A stretch of 64,000 bases of DNA, from the NCBI GenBank assembly GCA_030390025.1, contig CM059432.1, positions 86,802,001-86,866,000 on the forward strand, in the 5' to 3' direction. Positions 12,025 to 23,490 of this stretch are shown piece after piece. The stretch comes from Squalus acanthias (Eukaryota). Each line of letters opens with the position of its first letter. The stretch's first letter is position 1. The translations under genes were made by a program, and so were the position numbers. The notes below the pieces were generated by a model. That model was not told the origin of the DNA, ran no database searches, and saw only the letters and a list, made by a program, of their open reading frames with translations.

Positions 12025-14597
12025 CCTATTGTATAAAACTAAGATTTATTTTTTTCTTTAGCCAATTCTGTATTTTTCCCCCCACAGTACAACACTCAGA
12101 AAATATAGGTGTAATTAAACAGTGCACAAGTTTGACTTATCACAGTGCCAAATTAACACTGCAAACCATGAGATTATTTCCACCTCCAATGATATTAACA
12201 AATGGTAAATGCAGCATTTTGTTAAAACTTTTGCAAGTGCAAGATTTGTACAAATATATAGACTACATTCAGGCCGCATCAAGTCAATTAGCTGGTATGG
12301 TACTTAAAAAAAATATATTAATAACAAACTAAATCTAGTTAAAACATAACATTGTTCCTGCAGGGATTTCACCTCAAATTATACACGAGTGCTTGGGCAA
12401 TGTTTTGATATTGTATCCTGCATATTTAAGATTTTTTTGAGAGACAGAATTTGCTGAAATTAATTTCTCCCAGAATGTTGCAGGCTGCACAGCCCAAAGA
12501 CAGATGGGGAAATAGAATGTTTTGATTTAATGAACCGTTAAGTTGTGGTTTCATACAAAATTATCAATGTTGTCTGAAAAGGGTTCTCACTGTGGTCATT
12601 TACTGAGATGCTGAAACTGCCTTAATTTTAATCCCAGTTTTGAAAATCTGTGATGATCAAGCAATCCTAATTTAAGAGAACTCACAACCAGTAGATGGAT
12701 TTGTAAGTAATTTAACCTGAAATGTTAATCATGGGGTGTAATTAATATAGCTTTGACTATAATATGGCTAACACCAGGCAGTAAATAGGCACTTCAGATT
12801 GAAGTACAGCAGTGGAAAAATAAATGGAGTGTAGATCAGTATTTACAAATGCTGTCCAAAACGATCATTGAGCTCAGAATTGCTGCTGGCTATGCTGACA
12901 AATCAATTAAATGTTGTGAAAGAAGTAGTTAGTGAAAAACTCAATTCAACCATAGGAAAGCCAATGAAAGCTGCCAATCAATAAAACAGAAAATAAAAAG
13001 GAAAGTTAAACACACTTGTTTTTCCTTAATGTCTTTACAAAAAAAAAAATCACAACTTTGCATATTTTATCAGGGGATAGCACACACTCATTATTTAACC
13101 CTGTAGTTGAGTTGCTGCACCATTAAAAATAATAATGATCAGACCATGTTGGTCTGATTTATTTGGAGGATACGGTGAATTAAAATATGGTTTCTTTTCT
13201 CAATTTTATATTAAAAATTTACAAAAAAGTGTTTGCAAGTGTTAACAAAAGTCAACTTGTGAATGCTGCTAAGGCGATTCAGTACACAAAGGGTTACATT
13301 TCTTACACAGATCAGCACTCCTTTGGAAAAAGTTCACCGTCATCTCTGGTCTACCTCAGATATTATCTTTGGAGGTTTCAACGGTTGCACCCTGAAATTG
13401 TTTTCCATGTAGTTTTCAGCCCTAATTTTGCTATTAGGAATATATGCCATAGTGGTATAGATTATCCAAGTCCCATATTTTTTACAATTACTTTCAAATT
13501 CCAACATATGGCATTTAATTTCATTCATAAATAATGGTATAACAAAGACTAGCTCTATGCGTTCCATTATAAAGAGAAGCTAATAAACCATAACACAGCA
13601 ACATATTTTGTTAAACAGCTTTAAGTAATAAAAAAACAATTTGTGAAAACATTAATTGTATCCTTCAAGATGAATTGTACTTTTTATATCGTAAAGAATT
13701 AAAGACAAGATGTCATCTACAAGTGAAATGAAAATAATTTACAGGACAATATTATGACAAAACAGCTTTTCATTCAAAATATATTTCATATTAGAAGCTT
13801 CAAGTATGATAACAAAAACGTGACATTGGAGAAACATAACAAATTAATGCGAAGCAATACATTATGGTTGTGTTCCAGTTTAAAACTGTGTCTGTTTTGG
13901 GGAGAAAGGAGCACAAAGGCCCACACTGAAGGCTAGTCAATGACCCTGACAAATACCCACAAAGAATATATTTTTCCGAAGGCAATTTGGCTCAACTCAA
14001 GTACAATAAATTAAATATATTTTTGTAATGAGACAATTGGTATTCAAAATTTTCCTTTAAGTTTTGGAATGCTTCATTAAATGCAATTTGTTGTTGCAGC
14101 AAAAAATGCCACAAGTTTTTAGACACCCTGCCATATGACCACAATGCATTAAATTTAGTACAATAATAAAATTGCAAATGTCAATTAAAAATGGATCCCT
14201 TTGCTTTTATTGCACATAGATTTTGTTTTGTTTTAAATCTCCAAGCATGCATCAATATCTATTTATTGCACAACATAGGAGGGCTTCAAACCTTCTCACA
14301 AGGTGTATCCTCACAGTAAACTAAACAATAAAGAGATGGTTTATTGTTGAAACTACAATATTTCTTCCTAAATGTTGCATTAATACTGTCTAATAAACCA
14401 AATAGGGTCAGTTGCAGGGACTTAACCAGCGATCAGCATGTGGCCAGATGTACACTAGTAGAAATGCAGTAAAGGAAGTAGTCTTCAGTGCCTGCAGGCA
14501 AGTTTCTGTTAAAGTTCAAAGTTCAAAGATTGACTGATCAAAGTGCTTTTGGACTCAGCAGTACTTTTTCCTCTACTAGGGTCAAGAATCTGAACCA
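12025..14597 (-). other. UBE2W: Putative long 3'UTR of UBE2W
   Basis: AT-rich, no recognisable TE, directly after the stop codon. Minus-strand AATAAA at 14340-14345, 14262-14267, 14206-14211 and 12045-12050. The true end is inferred, not seen. Confidence 0.55.
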
Positions 14598-14611
14598 TCA
14601 ACATGTATCAT
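14598..14611 (-). CDS. UBE2W: UBE2W terminal exon, coding part (..DDTC-stop)
   Basis: Acceptor tatttttgttttacag|ATGATACATGTTGA. With the leftover G from the previous exon it reads D-D-T-C-TGA, the known UBE2W C-terminus. Confidence 0.93.
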
Positions 14612-17600
14612 CTGTAAAACAAAAATAGACCTGAATAAGAATACTCGGCAGCACTGTGGTGGTATGCGATATTCTCAGTTATCACATCTCAAACATGACA
14701 TGGAGGACAGAAAGGCAAGAAAGTCTTATGAAGCTCGAAATTACTTCAAATTTTTGGAGTTCAAGTAGCTCCATACAGTCATCAAAAACAGATCAAGTTA
14801 CAACCTCAAAATACATTAAGGAAATACATTAATAATGTACAATCTTCTATTTTTCAGATTGCAAACTTTATACAAATCATTATAGCTTTCACACTGCTGA
14901 GTTTTGATCTACGAATACCTCTTTCACTGTCACTGAATTTTTCTTTGTTTTTACAATATTGCAATGAAAGTCATGAAAATCACTCGATAGGAATCAAAGT
15001 GTTTCAGGACAGTTTGACAAGAGGAGATTGTATTATCAACATGCTCATTATGTTTATACTATTGGAATTATTGAACAGTTTCTAAGAATTGGGAGTAAAA
15101 TTTTGCACCTTACACCACTAATGTGAGCCAAGTGATGGATCATCACAAGATTAGTAATGATCTACCAGTGCTGCACTTTGGCTGGCCCACTGCATCTGGT
15201 AGGATCTTCCCAAAATGAGTCTGCTTGATAAGTAATAAGATGCCCATTATATGTCTCATGCACTTTTAAAAAGTGTTGTGTAACGCACTGTAGTTTTTTT
15301 AGGCTAGAAATTAAAACTATTCTCTCTCTGATGTTCCCATAAGCTTACCTCAGATGGCAAGATTGCTGTCGGAGGCAACGCTGCAGTGTAAATGATGTTT
15401 GCCCTATCAGAGGCACTAAAACCTTCCCGTGGGAAGGGGTTCAACTGGGTGCTACTAATGGAAAACGTCATCATTGGAAAAGCTTAATAACTCCCACTGG
15501 CAGTACTTGGCTTTGGTTTTACTATTTTGGATTTGGCTGTAGATGGCTGACCTCAGGCCACCGATATAGTTAGCAACTTGCAAAAGGAACTGACTCAATT
15601 CCACTGGAAGTGGTTCTCCAGAATAAAGGCAGCATGTATAGTGATTGACACTACATAAAGATAAAAATTGTGATGAGAGAGTATCGTATGGGGCACACTT
15701 GAAAATGGTTAGAAACTCAGTTTTTTTTTAAACTTTTACCCAGCAGACTTTTCCTAATTTCTGCCAGTGCTTCTATAACCAGCTATGAGTAAGTAGGCAG
15801 CATTAGTTGACTTGCTTTCCAATTTTCCTTTTACCTGTGGAAACAGCTCCCCTGAACATCTCAAACTGGCTGAGTTTAGGAAACTTGCAGGTGTGAATGT
15901 AAAACGTTAGTTTTTTTTAATAATGCCTATGTAGACTCAAAAATAGATTACTTAATGCATAATCTTTGTACATCCCAAAACCTATTCCTATACAACAGAA
16001 AAATGAGCAGCACTCGTATTGAATTCATCGTATAATCTTACTTTATCATGTCACCATTTGATCTGGACTTGTTCAGTACTGTCAGCTGCTCCCATTACAT
16101 CAAAGTCTAGTTAAAGGTATCTTTTATCCAACTGTCCCAACCATGTTATGTGCACGTCACAAACTTAGTAACTGCAGGAAGGGCAGTTCTAACCGAGAGC
16201 TGTCTATTTCTTTTTCTTTCCTCTTCTCCTGAAGGTGCTGCAAGTGCTATGCTATGGATCCAGGGTGCAGACAGCTCTCCATTAATCACCATGGTGGCCA
16301 TCCTTCATGCATGATTCTTAACAGTTGATAGCAGCAAGCTATATGACTCAAAGGCATCACAGCAAAGCTCAATGCTCTCACCACACGTCCACAAACATGC
16401 ACTTTGCAGCAGGAGTGCTTTGATTGCAATCAGGCAGCTCCCCTGTTCCTTACTTTCTCCTTCCAAGCAGAGGCTGAATGAAATATCTCAGCTGAGATCA
16501 ACAAATTCAGCAAACTGTGTATAGAATCTGGGAACTTCTGGTCCTTATGGTTCAATGCTCCCCACTAGGCCATCAGGAAGCTCAAAGTAACTTAAGAAAA
16601 AAATTAGCCTGCATAGATCTGATAATAATTAAGTCTAAAAATCTGTTTATTGAAATAAAAAAATACTGTAAATCCAGATAACTTGCTGTTATTATGTTCT
16701 AACAGATTTTGTTTAAAACATTGAGCTGATGTATACATTGGACCCCTTTAGTTAAGAGGGCAGAAAACCTGCACAACAGTAATCCTTATTCATTAGATTT
16801 TACAGCAAGTTGGAGAAAAGTTAACATTTATAAATGCAGAGTCAAGTTTCCTATATGTAACCTAAAATGATGGGGAAGCTGGTCCTGTGAAGAACTTCTG
16901 AATGTCTGGAGTGATATTACAGTGGATAGACTTAAAATAGCATAATGCAAGACTCTTACACAATTTTTTTCCTTTTATAAACTTTGGAAATGAATCCCAT
17001 CAGAATGGTCATCTTCACTTTGTAGTCAGGTGGAAATATACAAGAGCATACTTGAAAATAATAGAGAATATTAGAAGTGTGAAGTGGATTGCAAGAAAGA
17101 ATTCAATCTGGAGGGTCAGTGGACATAAATACCATGTGAGAAATTTAACATACTCCCCATTATATAAGGTACTAAATTGATATAAGGAAATTGTTGCCAA
17201 TATCCAAGTACCTCCAAAAGACTCTAAAATGAAAATTTAAAATCTAAATCACCTTGAATCAAACATATTATGATTTGCATTCTTGTGTTATTCTAAAAAG
17301 GTTGTTATTCCTTATTCCCCCCACTCATTCATTCATTTTTCTGTGCAGTGGTGTGTTGGCTATGCACCTTATGTAGTGGAAGGACTAGATGTGATCTGGA
17401 GGGATGAAAGAGGGAGCCTAGTTTTCTTGCCCTGGTCTGCTTGGAACTTCTTCAAAAAAGCACAGCTAAGATTCAGAACTCTAGAGCATGGGAGGATAGA
17501 ATCTGGATGCATATATTGTAAGCACAATTTTCCAAGTCTGCAGTTGATACTAGGATAGGAGGCAAAGCAAATAATGAGAAACAATGCAACCATATTCAGA

Positions 17601-17639
17601 AGCATTCAAAAATTTGGATCAGAAGATAGTTGATCCAAT

Positions 17640-18110
17640 TCCATGTGGATAACTGGCTATATTTTTCACCACCTGCCATGTCTAAACTGCCACAGTGGCA
17701 GTGTGGCCCTCATCAACAAATCACACTGGACTCTCCCCTACTCCTCTGGTACCTTCTCCTCCTTTGAGCACATCACTTTGTTCCACTCCTCCTTTAAATC
17801 CTCATTTTCTACCACCCTCCCAATCCCAAGTTTTCCCCCCAAGCTATCCTCCCTCAGTCTCTGCATTGAGCAATTCCTCATCCATGGTGATTTCAATTGC
17901 TATCTCTCCTCTGAATTCACTGCCCTCCTGTCCTCCCTAAACCTCACCCTCCATCTAAAATCTCCCATCTATGTTCATGGCCAGCCCCTCAATCTTCCGT
18001 CTCACGTGGCCTTTCTACTTTGATCACTGATAAGGTCATCTCCGACCACTTCCTTGTGTCCTTCACCACCCACATCCCCTACTCCCTTCCAACCCCATTT
18101 CTTTCTGTGT
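17640..18110 (+). mobile_element. L2-like LINE endonuclease fragment
   Basis: ORF 17643-18023 GYIFHHLP..GSVAL..SSFE..IHGDFN..HGQPLNL, typical APE endonuclease motifs. Confidence 0.7.
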
Positions 18111-18520
18111 CCAACCCTGCAGACTCTGCCTTCATCCAAACAGGCAGCAAGAACCTCATACCTGTTGGATAAGGGCAAAGGCTGAGGCTCCTCCAGCACT
18201 GCACCTGGGGTCCTCTTACCTGCCTGAGTCGCAGTCACACCCTCCTGTCACTTACCACTAACCAGACCTGTACCACTATATAACCTAAGGGGTGTGACTG
18301 CTTCCTGGATCAAAGTGTCCAGGTAACTCTCCCCCTCCCTGATGCCCCGCAATGTCTGCACCTCGGACTCCAGCTCAACAACTCTGAGCTGAAGTTCCTC
18401 GAGATGCAGACACTTACTGCAGACATGGTTGTCCGAGATCCAGAAGCTCTCCACAAACTCCCACATGCTGCAATTGCGGCACACCACCTGCACTGCCATC
18501 CCTATATAACCTTGTTTTAT
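18110..18520 (-). mobile_element. CR1 ORF1 N-terminal fragment (zinc finger / coiled coil)
   Basis: ORF 18248-18499(-) CRNCSMWE..HVCSKC..LQLRVVELESEVQTLR and 18002-18238(-) LPLSNRYEVL. Confidence 0.8.
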
Positions 18521-19024
18521 TTATGTAATTAGAGTTTATGCATTTAATTAACTTATCCTATCATCATCATTTAACCCTTTAAGCTCTGGTAGTATTGTGG
18601 TGAATGTGCACTGTACCCCTCCAAGGTCAATATAGATTTCCTGAGATTCAGTGTCCAAAACTGAACGCAGTATTCTAGATGGGTAAATGAAAGTTCTTTT
18701 GGCTCAACAAGTCCATTCCATTTTTGACTCAATTGGTTACAGATTTAAAAGTCAGCTTGGTAACCCATTATATCACCCAGTCTTGACATATTTAAACATA
18801 AACTCAGTGAAACGGGAAAAGTATTGTATTAATTCAAAATTTAGCATTTCAGCAACTACTTTTAAAACAAAAGCACAGCACTTCATCTAACCACGTTTTA
18901 ATTTGTATCTAATATAGCGTAATATTGGGAAAAGTAAAACAAAAATACAAAATTTTACATTAAATTGAACCTTTACCAATATTTCTAGACTAACACACTG
19001 CATGCCTGAAGTATCTGCACCTAC

Positions 19025-19100
19025 CATGATACCACCATTTTGTTTTCTTTGGATTTTTATTACACGTCCTTACATAAAATGAATTATCAGGAGGCCGCCT
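19025..19100 (-). CDS. UBE2W: UBE2W penultimate coding exon (76 nt, phase 0/1)
   Basis: tctgctttattacag|AGGCGG...TATCATG|gtaggt; translates to RRPPDNSFYVRTCNKNPKKTKWWYH plus one base, in frame with the 37120-37275 exon. Confidence 0.96.
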
Positions 19101-19244
19101 CTGTAATAAAGCAGATAAATTGAAATGGTTAACACTAATGCAATCAGATGCTTCATTTTACACGCCAGAGCAACCCACTCCAAGGATCTGGAACAAGTTT
19201 GTCCTGTACATACTGTCATAATAGACTGCAGAGTAATTTTCTAC

Positions 19245-19520
19245 AATGGCTTTGCAGGTGTATTCAGTAGCTGTTTCATACAGACCAAGAAGGTTCCAGG
19301 TTCAATTTTCTGCCTAAGTTAGCTAATCTTAGCCAGAGTGAAGGTAGTTGCACTATAATTGGCCACAGTACACAAGGGTATGCGCTGGAGGTTGAGGAGG
19401 GGGTGGGAAAAAACAGTCAGTGCTCAGGCTCCAGAGACTTCTACTGGAAGTATGGATGTCAGGTGAGAACAGGATCAGGCTTAGCTGTGACAACCCTTGT
19501 AGTTGAATAGGCTGCTGATA
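19245..19520 (+). mobile_element. Ancient tRNA-derived SINE copy adjacent to a UBE2W exon
   Basis: catacagaccaagaaggttccaggttcaa...agttagctaatcttagcc...gtcaggtgagaacaggatcaggcttagctgtga; same family as 1995-2262. Confidence 0.6.
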
Positions 19521-20213
19521 TAAATATCCTACAAATTGATCCAACCCACAAAGTGCCCCAACATAAACAGGATAAGCCATCCACCTCAGCAGCAATGATG
19601 CAATTATATATTTTTGTCCAAAAGCAATTAAAATGTGATCAGAAGAAAATACTAGACATATAAGGGTCATAAAAAAAATATTTTGTGGTAAAGGAAAATC
19701 AATGTTCAAATATATTTTCGCTGCTCAATTTGATGTGAAACCTTAACTTTACGAATGATGCTTTTTTTGCAAGACTCATTATTCATTTAAGTTCTTGGCT
19801 TCATACAGCTGTATGTAAATGATAGGTGAACACCCTGTTTAATTGGAGCCTTGCACTGCTTTTAGGTCTGCAGCCCTTTTGGGGATGTAATTATTTTTGC
19901 GAATATATACTGATTGAAATTTGCTGCTAGTTAGCAGAGAATAAAGGGAATCACAACTGTCAAAGCAGTAGGTAACGAACATGGTAGATAAGGGAGTGCC
20001 GATGGATGTTATTTATATGGACTTCCAGAAGGCATTCGATAAGGTTCCACACAAGAGACTGCTGACAAAAATGAGCGCATATGGAATTGGAGGCAACCTA
20101 TCGACATGGGTAGGGAATTAGTTAGGAGGTAAGAAACAGAGAATAGGGATAATGGGTATGTACTCAAATTGGCAGGATGTAACTAGTGGTGTCCTCCAGG
20201 GATCTCTACTGGG

Positions 20214-20349
20214 CAATGTTCCCTTTAAGCTGCTCAGCTGCGCATCTGTCCACAGCTCCCGCGCAGGCCATTTGTAGAATAGGAAAAACCGCACATGCAC
20301 GGGAATTTGAATGGGCCACGCACCCAAAGAAAGATTAAAGGGAACATTG
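20214..20349. mobile_element. hAT-like MITE (136 bp), copy 1
   Basis: TIRs CAATGTTCCCTTTAA / TTAAAGGGAACATTG; degenerate 8-bp TSD ctactggg / gtacagag. Confidence 0.8.
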
Positions 20350-20415
20350 GTACAGAGGCCTCAGCTTTTCACTATATTTATAATGAGTTAGATGAAAAGA
20401 ATATAGAGCCATATA

Positions 20416-20835
20416 CAGGAAACTTTCGTTTATCCGGCACCCAAATATCCGGAATTCTCGCTTAACCAGCAAAAATCATCCTCCGAAAACTCCTCTCAAA
20501 TAACCGGCAATGTTGCCGAGTCGCAGTCGAGTCTCCGCGAACGCCGAGTACTCCGAAAACTCCTCTCAAATAACCGGCAATGTTGCCGATCCCGAGTCCG
20601 AGTCCGCGAACGCCGAATTAGTCAGTAGGGGTACTTTTCAAGAAGTGCCACTACTCGGCCTCCTGGCGCTGTCGGAAGTCCGAAACACTGCAGTAGCAGG
20701 ATTTGATTCTCCCGCGCTGCCTGGAGTCTCTTTGTTAAAAATAGCCTCGGTAGATATAACTCTCCGTTATCCGGTACTTTCGATAAACCGGCACCACGCC
20801 GGTCCCGTCGATGCCGGATAAACGAAAGTTTCCTG
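20416..20835. mobile_element. Tc1/mariner-superfamily (pogo/Tigger-like) MITE, 420 bp
   Basis: Perfect 24-bp TIRs CAGGAAACTTTCGTTTATCCGGCA (20416-20439 / 20812-20835); TA on both sides; CpG-rich; internal 70-bp-period duplication (20481 and 20551). Confidence 0.88.
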
Positions 20836-21352
20836 TATCCAAGTTTGCTGATGACATTGTTAGGTGGCACAGCAAATAGTGTAAATGGGAGCAGAAAGTT
20901 GCAACGGACATTGATAGATTAAGTGAGTGGGCAAAACTGTGGCACATGGAGTTCAATGTGGGGAAGTGGGAGGGCATCCACTTTGGACCCAAGAAAGATA
21001 GATCAGAGTATTTTCTAAATGGTGAGAAGCTAGGAATTGTGGAGGAGAGAGAGTTAGGGGTCCAAGTACAGAAATCACAAAGCTAGTAGACAGGTACAAA
21101 AAAATAATAAAGGTTAATTGAATGTTGGCCTTTATCTCAAGGGGGCTGGAATACAAAGGGATGGAAGTTATGTTACAGTAAAATAACGCTCTGGTTAGAC
21201 CCCATTTAGAGGACTGCATTCAGTTCTGGGCACCGCACCTCAGGAAGGATATATTCGCCTTGGAGGGTGTGGTGCAGATTCACCAGAACTATACTGGGCT
21301 CAAAGGTTTAAATTATGAGGACATGTTGCATAGTCTAGGCTTGTATTCCCTT

Positions 21353-22380
21353 AGTAGCCATGATGTGGAGATGCCGGTGTTGGACTGGGGTGGACAAATG
21401 TGAGAAGTCGCACAAAGAAGCAGCGCTCCGAAAGCTTGTAATTTCAAATAAAACTGTTGGGGGGAAAAATTAAGTTGGTAGCGCCTCCCGTTAGCGCCTT
21501 AGGAGGGCGCTAATGGGGCGCAAAGCATCTAGCGCCCAGGCGCGGTGATGTTTGCGCCGCTCGCGAAATTAACTAGACATTTTGCGGCGGCGCTAAACAC
21601 TACCGCCACGATCTCCTGCGCCGGCAGATCGTGACGTCAGTCGATTGCGCAACACCCCGGAGCAGATATTGAGTGGCGCCCCCTGCCTTACCGCCTGACG
21701 CTAGCAACGACAGGTTGAGGGGAGCGTTTTGCAGTCATGAAGGGACTGGGGGAGCGCTATTTAAAGGCGACCGCTTCCTGCCTTTTATTGTTGGTGCCAT
21801 TTTTGAACCACGCATTCTGAGAGAGAGAGAGAGAGACTGACTTCTGGAGAGATTCAACGCTGTGTGAAGGAGTTTTGGGTACTGAGCAGCACTTTGCAGG
21901 TTCATTTTGATTTGCCATTCCTTGTATCGATTTAGAAGAGACTGTGGGGGCTGCACTCTAAGCTCTTTCCCTGGTACTCTCCATTGTTCTTTCCAGCAGT
22001 TTTGATGTGCAGATCTCTCCAGGCCGGGATTCAAGGCTGCAATGAGCAGGATGTGGATGGAAAGCAAGATCAACCATCCCCTTTAAGAACTGGCCGGTGC
22101 CATTGTGTGTGTGTTCCATTGCTGACTGACATCACATGAGCTTCGCCAGCGCTCTGAGGTAGTGCCTCGCTCCTCGGCCTTTGCGCCTTAAGACAGGTGT
22201 GAAGCGCCTGATTTAGCGCTCCAATCACCTCCAGGGGCGATAAAAGTCAAGTTTGCAGTTGGTGGCGATAATTAGCGCCAGGCGCTAATCTTTGCGCCCG
22301 GCCGATAATTGCGCCCCAAATGGGGCGATACTGAATTTCTCCCCCTTGGACTATAACCTGGTGTTGTGCGACTTCTCACA
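21353..22380. mobile_element. Penelope-like pseudo-LTR remnant, interrupted by a Harbinger-like MITE
   Basis: 11-bp TSD TGTATTCCCTT (21342-21352 / 22381-22391). Same family as 24428-24606. Internal inverted repeat tgtgagaagtcgcacaa / ttgtgcgacttctcaca; partial hammerhead-type ..gcagcgctccGAAAgct. Confidence 0.7.
21460..22345. mobile_element. PIF/Harbinger-like non-autonomous DNA transposon (886 bp)
   Basis: Imperfect TIRs GGGGGAAAAATTAAGT / ACTGAATTTCTCCCCC; 3-bp TSD TTG (21457-21459 / 22346-22348); CpG-rich subtermini with many AGCGCC/GGCGCT motifs; no transposase ORF. Confidence 0.75.
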
Positions 22381-22779
22381 TGTATTCCCTTGAGTATAGA
22401 AGATTAAGGGGTGATCTAATTGAGGTGCTTATGATTAAAGAAGTTGATAGGGTAATTAGAGAGAAACTATTTCCATTGGTGGGGGAATCCAGAACAAAGG
22501 GGCAGAACCTTAAAATTAGAGCTAGACCATTCAGGGGTGATATCAGGAAGCACTTCTTTGCATAAAGGGTAGTGGAAATCTGGAACACTCTCCCCCAAAA
22601 AGCTGTTGAGGCTACGTCAATTGAAAATTTCAAAACTGAGATTGATAGATTTTTGTTAGACAAGGGTAATGGAACCAAGGTGGGTAGATGGAGTTAAAAT
22701 ACAGATCAGCCATGATCTAATTGAATGGCGGAACAGGCTCGAGGGGTGAATGGCCTTCTCTTGTTCCTATGGTCACTAC

Positions 22780-23228
22780 AACTTTGGAGTGTCAGTCTAG
22801 ACTATGTGCTTGAGTCCTGTAGCGAGACTGGAAGCTACAATGTCTGACTCTGAGGCAGGAGTGCTACCAACTGAGCCAACCCAACAATATTCGGACAAAC
22901 CAAGAAACCAGTCACAAAAGAAGGAAATTGCATTTATATAATCGCCTTTCACAACCTCAGGAAATCCAAATCGCTTCACATCCAATAACATATTTTTGAA
23001 GTGCAGTCTCTGCTGTAATGTAAGGAAATGTGGCAGACAAATTGTACACAGCAAAGTCTCACAAACAGCAATTAGATAAATGACCAGATAATCAGTACTT
23101 TTTTTTTTAAAGGTGGTATTGGTTGAAGGATTAAATGTTTGCCAGGACACTGGGTGAACTCCCTACTCTTCGAATAATGTCATGCGATCTTCTACATTCA
23201 CCCAGGAGGGCAGCTGGGCCTCAGTTCT
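22780..23228 (-). mobile_element. Deu-domain tRNA SINE fragments
   Basis: Head (gtgctaccaactgagcc) at about 22780-22880 and tail/body at about 22920-23228, matching 40961-41416. Confidence 0.75.
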
Positions 23229-23490
23229 TGTGAAGCACTTCTTCACACAAAGGGTAGTCAAAATCTGGAACTCTTTCTCCCCCCTACCCCCAACAAAAAA
23301 AGCTGTTGAGGCTAGGTCAGTTGAAAATGTCAAAACTGAGATTGATAGATTTTTTTTTATGCAAGAGTATTAAGGGTTACGGAACCAAGGTGGGTAGATG
23401 AAATTAAGATACATATCAGCCATGATCTAATTGAATGGCGGAACAGGCTCAAGGGGCTGAATGGCCGACTCCTGTTGCTTTTGTTCCTAC
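23229..23490 (+). mobile_element. CR1 3' end fragment
   Basis: KHFFTQRVVKIWNS..KTEIDRF; 3'UTR gaatggcggaacaggctcaaggggctgaatggcc. Confidence 0.85.

Larger units (their letters stand above)
19970..22770 (+). mobile_element. CR1 RT-to-3'UTR fragment hosting four nested insertions
   Basis: MDFQKAFDKVPH, SKFADD, and LEYRRLRGDLIEV..KLFPLVGESRTKGQNLKIR (22380-22565). The CR1 sequence resumes exactly after each insertion. Confidence 0.9.

Noticed and set aside
13187..13567. Overlapping 115-aa (+) and 75-aa (-) ORFs
   Set aside because: They lie in the putative 3'UTR, have no recognisable domains, and fit chance ORFs.
17015..17200. STLYNGEY resembles UBE2W GTLYEGEK (duplicated upstream exon?)
   Set aside because: The surrounding residues do not match; a short chance similarity.
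20481..20616. Direct repeats with a spacer-like gap (CRISPR-like)
   Set aside because: Only two units, the intervening parts are also similar, and they lie in a MITE in eukaryotic DNA with no cas genes.
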